Shown here one piece after another: positions 36,531 to 50,725 of a DNA stretch of 64,000 bases. The first letter of the stretch is position 1; each line of letters begins with the position of its first letter. The translations under genes were made by a program, and so were the position numbers. This DNA is from Octopus sinensis (taxonomy: Eukaryota): NCBI RefSeq assembly GCF_006345805.1, contig NC_042999.1, positions 112,964,001 through 113,028,000 on the forward strand. Direction: 5' to 3'. The notes below the pieces were generated by a model. It saw nothing but the letters and a program-made list of their open reading frames with translations. It searched no databases and was not told where the DNA came from.

Positions 36531-37454
36531 CCCATCAGACGTGGTAGATATATTAAAGATAATATACTTTAGATTGTATCATCGCAGTATGTATAGAAAT
36601 ATATTTTTTTATGAATTCCACATTCTCTACTTATGGAATGATATACGAAAAAAGTCTTACACAGTCGCTCGACCTACTAGAAATAGCATCCAAATTGTCC
36701 TCAAATTATACCCTATCGATTTAAATTAAGAAAGGATAGTAAGATAATGTAGTCTTAAACAACCCTTAAAAGCATGCCTTTGATCATTGGTTTACTCGAT
36801 ATAGGTTGACATATGTTTAAACAACAAGGTCATACGTTGATCAGGAAAGAGCTAAAAAGATACATATGTCTTCAAAGCTCCGTTAAACTGAGGAAGACCT
36901 GTGATAAAATTCAGTTTCGTGGAATTTGGCTGACGATAATTATTAACGTTTTCTTTGTTTAGCTTCAAATTATTTCTGACCTTGCGTCTATGTATGAGTA
37001 GAGGCATTTAACCATGACTACCTTATCTTCTTTTGTTCAATAATACTGTACTCCGAATTACATTATCGAATGTATAATTATGTTTAAAGAAAGGTCAAGG
37101 GAATGTTGACCGCTATTTCTAGCTGGTCCATTAACCATCAAGACGTTGCTTTTTGGTTCGAGTTATATGATAGTTGAAGCGTAACTCATTTAAGATATCC
37201 AGAAAATATGGCGTCTATTGTTAGCAGAGAGATGTGCTGAGATACGTAAAGTGAAGATTACTTTCTCACACAAAAGCAACGAAAAGTTATTTGATTTGAA
37301 CTTTAGAATTTCATGCAGGACGAAAGGTACAGTTGATTTCAGCGGGATTTGAACTCAGAACGAAAAGAAACAGAACAAATACCGCAAGACATTTTTGTGA
37401 CACTCTAACGATTTTGCCAATCAACCATCCTCAAAACTTCATCAAATAATCCCC

Positions 37455-37655
37455 TCTATTATAGGCACAAGGTCTGAAATTTTGGTGGAGAAGGAGATAG
37501 TCGATTGCATCTACCCAGTACACAACTGGTACTTATTTTATCGACCCCGAAAGGATGGAAGGCAATGTTAGATCGGCGGAATTTGAACCCAGAACGTAAA
37601 GACGGATGTAATTCCGTTAAGCATTTTGTCTGGGGTGCTAACGATTTTGGCTGCT
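37455..37655 (-). mobile_element. SINE family A
   Basis: TAGGCACAAGGTCTGAAATTTTGG...ACTGGTACTTATTTTATCGACCCCGAAAGGATGGAAGGC; partial copy at 37320-37420. Confidence 0.8.
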
Positions 37656-39070
37656 CTCCGCCTTGGCTTCATGAAATAATACAAAGTAATTTAAGAATTT
37701 TAAAAATCGAAAGTTTCTTTTTGGTTTATGCCAGAAAAATGACAGGTAAACTAGAATATAAAACCGCATGCGAATCTTAGATGCGACAGATATAACATAG
37801 GTGGTTCATCGTTTCTTCATCTTCGTTTCTCCATCAAGCAGAATCGCTACAAAGCGGAAATGGTATTTCTACTCTCACTCACTTGATCTTAATATGAGAA
37901 TGAGAAACATTTCAGCTGAAAGGAACACCAAAAAATGGTTGTCTCTCTTTATGTCATGCCCTGTATGTTAAAAGCACTATTTGTCTCAACACAGAAATTA
38001 TTCAATTGACTTGTACAAACACAAACCTAGCATACTATATTTTTCGATATACAAGTCGAAATTTTCAGACCAAAATTTGTGGCTAAAAAACAAAAGTTAC
38101 ACCCACTTATACGCCAAGGACGACTTTGAAGGACCAAACATTCCATGGGAAATGCAGCAGGATTTATAAAGATAGTTACGATGATTGAATGTTTAAATTA
38201 CTACTATATATTACATCAACTTGTTTGCTAGAAAATATGGTAATATTTACAAACAGGTGGAAACCCTACATGCATTGATGTTGTAATTTAAAACGTATTG
38301 TTTTTGAATGCATGAATTATTGTACTAATTATAATCTAAATTTTCATTACCTTTATCAGAACACGTGCTGTTTGGTTACTTTGAAGTCAAATGCCACCTA
38401 GATCCTACGATGGAACATGGAAAGATGAAAGAAAACACACACACACACGCAAACTTTATTGCATTATGTCTGAGTACTCTTTATTTACTACAAATATATT
38501 AAAACTATTTTCGCAGGATTTCTACGACATAAATAGGACACAAATATTAAAACACCTTTCAATCATTGAAGATCAGTATGTCTAAAAACCATTATATCGA
38601 GATAGAAAGAAAATATAGATATTATTGAAAAGTTACTACTGTAGTGTAAGCATGTCGCCGAGGGATGTTGATGAATGAAACTTCTTAATCTCCGTTCTAA
38701 ACTTTTGATCTTTCTGATACTTCATTCAATGGGAAAAACAGCAAAAAGAAACTTATGCCGTCTGTCAGTCCCAAAAATACGAAACAAAAACAAAATAAAA
38801 AAAACAACAACAACAATAAACAAGTAAAAAATACTATGTAAAGCAAATTTCCACAATCCAGTGTCTTAGAAAGATAATTCAAGAAGATATATTATTCAAT
38901 TAATGACTAAAAGATTGTCGTAGTTTGGAAAGTAATATTTACATTGATGTCGTCTTTGTAAGATTAATTTCAAGCGAAATGTATATCGTACTTAAGTGAA
39001 GTTCGGAAAACTAATTCAAAACAATAACTCAGATAAAATACCAGTCTAATCAACTGTCAGATTTGATATA

Positions 39071-39072
<2 letters not shown>

Positions 39073-39163
<91 letters not shown>

Positions 39164-39245
39164 CCTACCTACTTACCTATCTTCCTCCCTCCCTCCATTC
39201 CTACATACATACATACATACATACATACATACATACATACATACA

Positions 39246-39277
<32 letters not shown>

Positions 39278-39295
39278 CACATACATACATACCTG
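39073..39295. repeat. Compound (CTAT)n-(TACA)n tetranucleotide microsatellite
   Basis: Direct reading. Confidence 0.97.
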
Positions 39296-39695
39296 TCTGT
39301 CTATTTTTATTCTTTAACCTCTTCCTATGACGAAGCGAAGCCTCACACAACTTAGATTCAAACAATAGTAGAGTTGCATGATAAAATTTACGAAAGTCTT
39401 GTATATTTTCACCACTCTGCTTACAGAATGTATGTTAGCTGCTGTCTTTGTTTGGTAATCGTAACTTTTCGAGATAAGCATGGAAGCATTTTAGAAGAAC
39501 CGAGGGCGCCAATAATTTTTGATTATAGATATACACATCTATAACATCTGAAATACTTCAGAATCTATAATATAGACTCTGAAGCAGTTCTGATGTCTTC
39601 CTCATTAATTGGAATGAAATGTTCACCTCCACTGGGTAACTGACAATTCTAAAAACACACATATACACACACCACGCGCACACATGTATGTACAA

Positions 39696-40160
39696 GCGCA
39701 GGCATAGCTGAGTGGTAAGAAGTTTGCTTCCCAATCATATGGCTCCGGGCTCGGTATCACAGCGTGGCACGTTGGGCAAGTGTCTTGTACTAAAGTCCCG
39801 AGCCAACCAAAGCCTTGTGAGTGGATTTGGTAGACGAAAACTCAAAGAAGCTTTTCGTATGTCGTATGTATGTATGTATGTATGTATGTATGTATGTATG
39901 TATGTATGTATGTATGTATGTATGTATGTATGTATGTATCTATCTATCTATCTATCTATCTATTTGTGTGTGTGTGTGTGTATGTTTGTCCCCTACCACT
40001 CTTGACAACCGATGCTGGTTTGTTTCCGTGCCGTAACCTAACGGTTCGGTTAAGAGAAAGCGATAGAATAAGTGCTGGGGTCGATTTATTCGACTAAACC
40101 CTTCAACGTGGTGCTCCAGCATGGCCGCAGTCTAAGACTGAAACAAGTGAAAGAACGAGC
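39696..40160 (+). mobile_element. SINE family B, full length with internal microsatellite
   Basis: Head and core 39696-39860; (GTAT)n(CTAT)n(GT)n 39863-39985; 3' half with GTGGTGCTCCAGCATGGCCGCAG..ACTGAAAC tail. Confidence 0.9.
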
Positions 40161-40175
40161 ACTTAGACACACACA

Positions 40176-40229
<54 letters not shown>

Positions 40230-42297
40230 TTATTAACAGTTTGACTCAGCTCCATATGACTTAAAATTTCGTGGTGTGCAGGCCTGATTCATCCCGTCAG
40301 ATACCAGAAAAAGAGTAAGGGATTTGAGACAAATCAACAAATATTTTTGTTTTCTGTCCCAAACAAACAGCAATCTTATTATCTGCGATTAATAAGTTTT
40401 GATATATAGCTTCCATCCAATATTTCTTGGGTTGATCTGTATGGATGTCTTTAATACTAGAAATATTGTTTCTATCTTAGGCACAACACCTTGATTTGGC
40501 ATTGCATCATTAAACATTTGAGCAAGGAAAAAATTTTATTGAAAAATATTCTAAATTATGTGATACCAAAATGGGGAATGATTAAAATGATATATTACTG
40601 ATAGTTTCTCATCTTTTTCACCTTTAATTTTAAAAAGTGTAGCTCGAGCTGAGGGCGGCTACTTTGAGCAAACTGTTATATCGAAGCAAAGGGACCCCTG
40701 CATATGCAACTACTGTTTGTATAGGCTAGCATTAGACTCCTAGGACCTGTCTACCCGCTCCAGGTAACAGTGTAAAGTGTCTATGCCTTTCGACAGCTTT
40801 CCCTTTCTCAACTCCCAGTTTATATACTTGTTACTCACAAATTAAAATTTTGTTAAGAATCAGATACCTTTTTTTGGGATGTTACTTTTTCTGAAAAGTA
40901 GTATCATTGTATTTACTTCGGCTACAGAAATTGTATTTTTCAAGCAAAATCAACTGAAGAACTGTTTCACATGCTGTTTCATTAAATGACTAAACATTCG
41001 ATATACCTAATTTCTTAAATGTAGGAACTATTAATTTTATGTTGATGCCTTTAGTTTAATCACTTAAAATTACTTGACTGTTTAGTTTCTGTAATGTAAT
41101 CGGAGAAAGTTTCATTTACCGCAGACGAATATCGACATAGAAACAGATACGGTACACAATATACTGATAAAAGGACACGCAATGAAGATATATCAGAGCA
41201 GGTTTGTTCAACTTCATTTTTGAATATGGTTTGCAAGATTCTTGATGTGAATTCGTGTGTTGAAGCAAATCTTGGCGTAATGGCCCTCCCAAGACACAAG
41301 ATTTATACAAACTGTTATCACCGTAATCCACTCTTGAACTCATATCTGGAGGTGTTACATTGTAGTTTATTAATATTTATAGATATTTTAATTTAGAAGT
41401 TACATGACTTTTGGAAACTATACACCCCCCTTCTGGTTCATTATTTAGGTTTACTTATTCTTTCTGGATAACTAAAATTACGTTAGTAACTTCTGAGAGG
41501 AAGTTTCGTTTGCTGAATAGCTACTGCTAAATTTAACTTAATTAAATAATGTTATGAATCGAATCATTAAGAAACATACTTCTCTTCGATTACGGATCGT
41601 ATCAACAACAAAAAGAGTCATATTTTTGACGTCAAAACATGAAAAGGCGTTAATTTTCAGAAGATTGAAGCAGTTATTAGATTTCCACTTAACTCAAGAA
41701 ACTTACTTCATTTGGGGTTCTTTTCTAAACACAAGGGTTCATATCTTTGTAAAAGCTTTCTTTCTTTATATTTATTTATTTACATTTATTTATTTATTAT
41801 TGCTGACTTGTCTATGCCTGAAAGCTATACTCTTAGACTGAAGCCGATCTAACGCATTAATTCTGCTGTGTCACTGGACAAATTTCCCGCAAGTGAACAA
41901 TGATTTTAATGCAGTTTTCGATACTTCATGACGTATTACATTTTCAATAGACATTTTCTTATTCACATTCCTTAACATACCTCAATGGGTTTCAATAAGT
42001 AACATTAGTGTTTTCTTTTTATCATCATTTTCATTTTTACCTTTTTCAGCATCACTTCTAATAGTCTTGGACAAGAAATAAATATGAAATGTCACACACC
42101 ACCATACGCACGCGCACACATACAATGTCGACTTTTGATTCTGAGGTTAAAGATGCATTGATTCTTTCGCATCCTCTTGCTCTATGGAAGTATTTGTTGT
42201 AAATAAGTAACTTCTTAATAGCTACATGATTAAATATATATATATATATTTATATATATCTATATATCTATACACGCATACACACACACATATGTAC

Positions 42298-42341
<44 letters not shown>

Positions 42342-42355
42342 TTATTTATATATAT

Positions 42356-42396
<41 letters not shown>

Positions 42397-45300
42397 TACA
42401 TACACATATTTATATATATATATATATATACATACATATATATATACATACATATATATATATACATATATATACACACATGCATATATATATATGCATA
42501 TAAATTATATATATACACTTATGTACATATATATACGTATATACACACGTGTATATGTATTTTACATGCATACGAATACATACACACATATATATATATA
42601 TACATACACACACATATACCCCCACACATATTTATTTATATACATACATATATACACATATACACATATACACATATACATATATGTGCTTTCTAGTTAT
42701 TAATAATAAAAAAGTGCTATCCAAATAGACATGTTTATAAATCGTATAAATGGGTACAAGTTACACAAACGAATGCCCAGGGAAAAAGTTAGATCTATGT
42801 ATGGAAAAATAGTGAATGCCGATGATAGAATTGAAAATATGATATTTCTGTATTATTCTCTATCTTCAGATGAGTCGAAATCAATGCAATGCCTCATACA
42901 AAAGACAGTTGTCTGGTTAATAGCTGTTCGTGTGTATCGTGTGTACCGCACACTCGTCACACATCTAGTTAATCTAAAATAATATGTCTACGTTGACTGA
43001 TATTTTAATTTAGTTTTTCTAATCTTTTAAATACTAGGATAACTGAATGTTAAAATATACCATTTATAGGTTATTCCAGTATATTCTAAGTTTCATTTTC
43101 GTTAAGGACGTCCTGCATTATGAGAGTATTTCGACCGATGAAGAATAGTTTTTTTTCTTTTTTAGAGAATCAGAAATGCTGATTAAAGTCCATGAAATAA
43201 TGTGAGCGGAGGTTTAACCTTTTGTCCAGTTTAGCAACAGCTTGGTCCTTGGGTGTTTTTAGTGGTGCTGCATGCATTTGACGAGGTCTACGCGCTGGGG
43301 AAAAGTTACTCTCTTTCTTGCACGAGTCTTGTAAACACTTAGACGTGTCATAGCCAGACCGCTGCTCTTCGTTCTCCAAATAAATTATAAAAAGAACACC
43401 ACAACATTCACACCTGACCATTATACCCCCTCAATCATAATTTCCCCTTTCCAATCCTCTCACACTTCTTCACCTTGTCAGCTATGTTGACTTGAATGAA
43501 TGGAAACAACGTAGAGAACAGAGGACCCTTTGGTTGTCAAGGACAAGACAATCGCCCTAATGCTGGGGTTGTGATAAAATACACCCATTACACTATGTAC
43601 AGTGGTTGATGTAAAGACAGACATCCAACCATAGAAACCTTGCCCAAAATGGAATGTACGAGTGAGGTATCGCCCTCAACTTGCCTTGGAGTGTAGTCAG
43701 AATATCTTTAAACAAAGGCCTGCTCGATAGGGCTTAACTTGGAACTAAATTTTGCAAAATTTTGATTTCCATTCTTTCCAGGCCGATAAAATAAAATCCT
43801 GATCCAAGACGGTGCATAGGCTGAATTTATAGAACATGAGACCAAATGCCTTGTGATATTTGATTCATTCTTTGGAAATCGATAAATTAAATACCATTCT
43901 AAAGCAGATGATTGAATCAGATATGTTGTAGTACTTGTTTGCATTCCGAATTTTTAGGTGGTAAAATTAATCCAGCGCTCGGTTTAATACCACCATCTGG
44001 TCGTTGGATATCTTTACTAGAATTTTCTCTGTTAAAAGTATTGCGTTTGAAGATAACTTTCTCGCTTCCTCACACTAGTCCCAAACGACCCGAAGGAAAA
44101 AAATAAAGGCTTGTTGGCACTACCTTTCCCCCTCTGATAAAAATCGCATGGGTTCCAATTAGCAGCCAAGGGTGTAAGAGTTTGTAGCTTGCCACATGTA
44201 AGACTAAAACCCGTATCTTTTGATGATTAGTTCACCTAACTCTAAGTAGTACCACTGTAAGCCGTGAGAGCTCAATTCTTCATTAGTTTGCCATCCTGAA
44301 TTCAAATTCTAGAGAAAGGCCCTGTATTGTTAACATCTCTTTACTACACTGCATTTTGTTGCTGTTTGACTCCAGATCATTTCCAATCGAACAGACCAAT
44401 GATTTACATATTCCCAGACATTGCACGTATAACCACATCATCAAATGTGGCCTTCTTTTTAAGACGTGTAATTTGAGAGAATTTCAAGCAGATTGTGTAA
44501 CTGCGTAGAGCAGATTCCTCGTTGGTTCACTAATCTGCATGAGTATGTACTTAATAGATTATAGAATATACGACTTTTGAAGGACGTGATTGCATTCTGC
44601 AATTGATAGTATGAAATTGTGGTGTTTATAGTAAGTTCAGTTTGAGCTGTTTGAGTAAAAAAAGAAAAGAAAAAAAGAAAAGAAAAAGAGAATCTTCTAC
44701 AGTTGTTAATTTTTGTTTTCCTCTTTACATTCGTTATGACAAGACGTTATCTCTCGCTTGAAATCTCGTTGAATAGTTCGGAATCATTTGGAACTATGTT
44801 ACCGTCCCTACCGTTAGATGAGAAAAATTCTCGAGATCTTAGCTACATTCAAAATATTTCTACTATAACGATTCTCAGCAAAGTTTCTAGGCTGGTGTTC
44901 TGGTACGATGCCCACCTCCCCTGTCTTCTATTTATAATACCTACATCTGTCAAGAGTTGAGCTAACGAGGAACATCTATACTATTGCTCGACCTCGCAGA
45001 AAAAGAAAAGGACTTGTTGTAATCTCCGATATAAAAAGACGCGGGATGATCATGTCGTGAATACTTTTTATTATAGGTCTGTTGATTAGGTCCTGCATGA
45101 TATGAGCCTGTTCAAGCAGGGGTTAACAATAAAAGCAACAACGAAAACAACGACAACAATAAGAGCGACGAACTGTTTGTGTGGTTTGCGCGGTAGTTGT
45201 TTCTGTTATTATTAAGCCTGAATTATTGATTAACAAAGTCAATTTATCAAATTTAGTGTTTTTTGATTTAACTGATAGCATTTTAATGTAATTGATATTA

Positions 45301-45946
45301 GCCATTAACGTGGCAGACTGGTAGAATCATTAGAGCATCGGTCAGAATGCCTCGCAATGTTTGTTTCCATTATGCGTTCTGCGTTCAAATCCCGTCGGTA
45401 AACTTTACTTTTCATCGTTTCGGGATCGATAAATAAAGTATCATTTCAAGACAGTGGAACTGTTGGAGTGTCGAACTGTCTTGCATTATCTGGATTCATT
45501 ATGAGCTTCTGTGACGACACTGGCACCGAGCTGCTTCGATTCCTGACTTTACCTCAGACAACACCAATGGCTTATAAAAGGAAACATTGCATGTCTGGGA
45601 TGCTACTTGTCTTCCATAAAAATAATAAAAAAGAAACTTGCCACACAAAACGACTCTTTATGGTGCATATGAACGAATCACTTCTACTAGATAAACTACC
45701 TCCCGTGTTTCTTCGCTTTGACACGGGCACTATTAAGAGGAGTATTAAATCAAATTGTTCGGCATACTAAGTGTCCAAATTTTCATTCAAAATCCAGTAT
45801 GCGTCTGCCCCAGAATTCAGTGGCTACAGGTGGATTAACTCCAGCGTCCGTAGATACCCTACGGAAAGCTGGAATAAAGTAATCAACACATTATCATTAA
45901 TGGTCTGGTCGATTCTTCTAGTTCTACAATATCTTGGTGATTGGAA

Positions 45947-46162
45947 GGCGGCGAGCTGGCAGAAACATTAGCACGCCGGGCGAAATGCGTAGCGGTATTT
46001 CGTCTGGCTTTACGTTCTGAGTTCAAATTCCGTTGAGTTCGACTTTGCATTTCATCCTTTCGGGGTCGATAAATTAAGTACCAGTTGTGTACTGGGGTCT
46101 TTCTAATCGACTGGCCCCCTCCCCTAAAATTTAGGGCCTTGTACCTAGAGTAGAAAGGAATG
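45947..46162 (+). mobile_element. SINE family A, full length with a 15-bp TSD
   Basis: GGCGGCGAGCTGGCAGAAACATTAGC...GAGTTCAAATTCC...GTAGAAAGGAATG; TCTTGGTGATTGGAA at 45932-45946 and 46163-46177. Older copy at 45308-45445. Confidence 0.93.
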
Positions 46163-46794
46163 TCTTGGTGATTGGAAAATGTGACTTGATAGGCTCCTGT
46201 TGTAAAGCCACAAGAGAAATAATTTTTCACTCGTATTCATCAAAATAGATGTAACTTTCGGAAAAAGTTGACTAAATCTGCAACATGGGAACCAAAGCAA
46301 TTACAGCTGGACAGTTGCAGAGGGAAGAGTAAGCAAGATTTTTACTATGGTCCAGGAAGAGCTAAAAACCATCATCAAAATGCTGAGAGAACTTGAAATA
46401 TCCTGCACTTTGAAAATTTACGTTTGAGGAAAGATCACATACAGTATCATGAAGGAAGCATTCAATCCCTTAAACCCAGTTTTCAATTTCCTTTTTCGCC
46501 AGTCATTGTCAAAGAAACTTCTTTAACTAAACTAATGCAATGTGGTTAGTTAAAATTACTTTTCAACAGTTAGTTGAATAAAGATGATTAATTGGGTAGG
46601 GATAATCAACCGAGAGGTTACCGGTTCGTTTCACTAGCACTGCTTTGAATCATTGGTCAAAAATTTCGGTAAAATTCGCCTAATCTTCCTTAAATCACAT
46701 TAGAGTTAAAAAGTGACATTAGATAGCGATTTAATTGTGTGTGCGGGTAAGCGTGTGTGGTAAATATTTACATAATACATACATGCATACATAC

Positions 46795-46880
<86 letters not shown>

Positions 46881-47127
46881 GGAGAGAGAGGGAGCGGGAG
46901 AGGGGGAGAGAGAGGAGCGGGAGAGAGAGGAAGGTTGAGGTCGGAACATAGATGGTATGGCCACAGTTGGATACCATTTGTCACAGGTCTGTTCGATGAA
47001 GGTGCCCTTGGACAAACGACTACCACAACCACAATGGCACTATAAACTTGGCACATTTGTTACCTTACAGGAGGTCTGAGTTCATTGAGTGCGACAGGAA
47101 AAGTTCCCCGCAATACATTAGTATTCT

Positions 47128-47348
47128 TTCCTACTCTAGGCACAAGGCCCGAAATTTTGGGGGAGTGGGGTGGGGGGGGCAGTCGATCAGATCGACCTCA
47201 GTACGCAACTGGTACTTAATTTATCGACTCCGAAAGGGTGAAAGACAAAGTCGACCTCGGCAGAATTTGAAATCAGAACGTAAAGACAGACGAAATGCCG
47301 CTAAGCATTTCGCCCGGCGTGCGAACGTTTCTGCCAGCTCGCTGCTTT
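47128..47348 (-). mobile_element. SINE family A, full length with a 16-bp TSD
   Basis: AATACATTAGTATTCT at 47112-47127 and 47349-47364. Confidence 0.93.
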
Positions 47349-47475
47349 AATACATTAGTATTCTATCAACTGTGTGTGGCTGTGAATGTATGTCTTTGTG
47401 TGTGTGCACGCGCGCATGGTGGATTCTTTTGTTTAATGCGACAGGAACAGGAGATAGGCAATCGTTATGTGAGAA

Positions 47476-47546
<71 letters not shown>

Positions 47547-47660
47547 AGAAAGGGCGAGAGAAAAAGAAGAGTGAGAGAGGAGAAAGAGAAAGAGGTATAG
47601 TGAGAGTTAAGCGAAAAACAGTTCAACAGATATCACCGGCGAATATTCATAGACTAGAAG

Positions 47661-47860
47661 ACGGCGAGCTGGCAGAATCGTTAAACACATCGGGCAAAAT
47701 GCTTAGCGGCATTTCGTCTGTCTTTACGTTCTGAGTTCAAATTCTGACGAGGTCGACTTTACCTTTCTGGGTCAATAAAATAAGTGCCAATTGTACACTG
47801 GGATCGATGTCATCGGTTTATCCTCTCTCGCCGATCTTGGTGATCTTGTGGCAAAATTTG
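47661..47860 (+). mobile_element. SINE family A
   Basis: ACGGCGAGCTGGCAGAATCGTTAAAC...GAGTTCAAATTCTGACGAGGTCGACTTT. Confidence 0.85.
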
Positions 47861-50725
47861 AAACCAGTATTCATCGACTCGGCAAAGGAAGGAATTAAAC
47901 TGCAATCTTAGCCTATTATCGATGAGGGGGAATGTGAGTAGAACCCAAATAATAAAAGAATGATGATAATCTTAAATAACACTATGAAATAATTAGTTTT
48001 AAAGTTGAATTAATTTGAACGAACTATATCATTGCACAGTATAGGCAGGTATTGAACCAGATAATAGGGAATTATTTTTAAGGTTTAACTAATTTCGGTA
48101 ACGAATTTAACAACAGCTGTGTTACCGAAATGAGATGTTTATCACCTGTCCAAGGAACTTTATAAATTAGAGATCATTAGATTAACCATAATCACTACGT
48201 TAATCTAATGACATGTTCACGAATGCAGGCTGATTTGAACCCAATTTGCGAATGTTTCAGTTTTTATGCTATTTGAAATAAAATTGGCAATTTATTGGAC
48301 TATTCTGTAATTGATTCTATCCAATCATTGACGCCCTCTCTACGTTGTAACTTTATCTTAGGAATTTCTTACCAACTGAACCGTAATGATTGGATAAATG
48401 GTTAAACTAGAGATACAATCGATTTGCTGAAGGTCTTAAGACAGTCAATTATTGTTGTTTAGTCCCGCAAATTAATCCTAATCGAACAAACTTATGATCA
48501 AAGTTATTCTAATTGTCCCCAGCTTGTTCCTTACAAAGTATACCTAGGACTAAAAGCACTTCCTGTTTTTAAGAAGGTGTCACATGATTTGTGGAAGATT
48601 CACCTGCTACTACTGGTTGGTCGAACAACTATATAGGAACTCACTCATTGGCTCGTAGAGATACTGAGTTTCTCTTGTAGGTAGGTGGTTTAGAAATTGG
48701 AAGGAAAGCAGGATACAAAATATGGTAAGATCCAGCTCTTCACGGAGACAGAAATTGAAATAAAATATAATAGAATGAAGGGCTTATGAAATTAGAATAA
48801 AATTAACAGTTTTTGGAATTTAAGAAGTTAAGACTATGAAGTGTTTCATTATTTTCTGAATCCTCGTGTAAAATAAGTCTTACCACAAATTCAATAACCG
48901 TTGTATTAAATTGTATAACAGAAAAGTATTAAAAGCCACTTAATACAGGAAAGTTGGAGAAAAATAAAACTTTTCAATATTTTGGCTTTCGGAAATCCTC
49001 AACTTGAGACATGTGAAATGAGAAGAAAATTGTAAACAACACTTAAGCCGTTATGATATGAACAGAGACGCACGGCATTGTATGAATGTGTGGGAAGTGA
49101 TATTTAAATCATGCAAGAAGCTCATGGTGATTGTTAATCTATAGTTGCTGACATCTAATTAGAATTACATTTTTGAACATGTAACTTACCGATATTGATA
49201 TGGAAGGATTTGATAGAAACTCCAACTTTTGCTTCTTGGAATTATTAAGTTCGAGCTAATCCTACTTTGGAATAATCTGAGTGTCTCCTTACTAAATAGA
49301 ATCAAATTTTTTGTTATGGATATTCTGAAAATCTTTCTGTAATTATACCCTGTCTTCACGGAACACTATGACGCTTTAATCGTTTTAGTTCCCCAGACTT
49401 CATTGTTTCTTTTAGATCTCGTCCCTCTTTTTTTTCTTCTTAGGCTTTAGTCTTTCCATTTACTGCTCAAAAAGAAAGTCTGAGTGGGTTAATCTAATAT
49501 TATTGTGCATGCTGACGATATATTTATTCCTAATTTAGCTGTAAAACGTAAAGGGTCGCGACAGAATATTGGACATCATGGATCTTGTACAAATTTTGCA
49601 TCTTGTTGTTCAGAGCAGAAAGCTAAAATGTCAGTGTACAATTATTGTTGCTGTTGTTACTGATACAGCATATATTGCAGCTATTTTTGTTGTTGCAGTG
49701 TCTGTTAATGCTGTCGCTGATGTTACAATGTCACTGTTATCATTGGCCTTCTGTTGGATTTGGCTTCATTTTACGTTTGGACAATAAACTTTAAAGTGGC
49801 TGAAACCACCCTAAATTAAACATTTTGGCTTCCAGCTTTGAATAATAAGTTACAGAACTTTGAACTGATTCTAGTCCAGTCAACAAGGAAGCCACAAGGT
49901 CGCTCGATCTGCGAGAAATAGCAAATCACACCTTGCTGCCTTAAAAAGGAAACACTGCATAGTGAAGGAATAATGTAGTCCAGATATGCTTTGTCCGAGA
50001 TAAAGACAGGATGCGCACACCTAGAGCACCATCGATCGTAGGTTTGCTCAGTCAGATTATTTGAGAGCTATAACCAACATTAACAATCTGGTACTAAATG
50101 TCTTCATCATTCCATTTACTCAGCTCTAATTTTCTCAAATTTATTGATATAGACCGATAACATTTATCTCTATGTAACCATGGTCTAAACAGTTGAATTA
50201 AAAAGTGTCGGTTTATCTTGATCTTAACATAGTTTCATACCTTTTCTAAAGCTGTAAAAATCAAGTGAATTCAAGGACTACTGAAAAATACCCAGGGTTA
50301 TCCATAAGCATTAAAATCAAATAGTATTGTTGGTGCTAACATTGTTTGTGTAAAGAGTTAATAAATTTTAATCAATTAAAATTACTTTCGTGGCAAGAAG
50401 ATTATTAGCTTTATTATCAATTCTGGCAAAGAAAGGCAGAGGAGACATCTCCCAAATTTTAACTAATTAAAATTAATTGAACTCAACATGCTAATATAAA
50501 CACTCTGAACATTTAAAAAATTATCGTTGCTACGAAAAAGAAATCAAAATAATATTCCTTCCAGTAAATTCATTAGTAACTTTCTATTTTTCTCTGCATC
50601 GCATTTAAATGCTGGTACAGGAGCTTGGGGATATTCAAACAAATCAGTATTAAACCGCTCCGAATAAATGTACAAAAATATCATTAGGACAGTTATACAA
50701 AAATATAATAGACACACTGTATCAT

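Noticed and set aside
41060-41343. Overlapping ORFs as a host exon or hAT dimerisation-domain relic (ILQTIFKN..LRVLLSV..NETFS)
   Set aside because: Similarity and spacing too weak to support by eye; splice signals unconvincing. A TBLASTX or HMM search would settle it.
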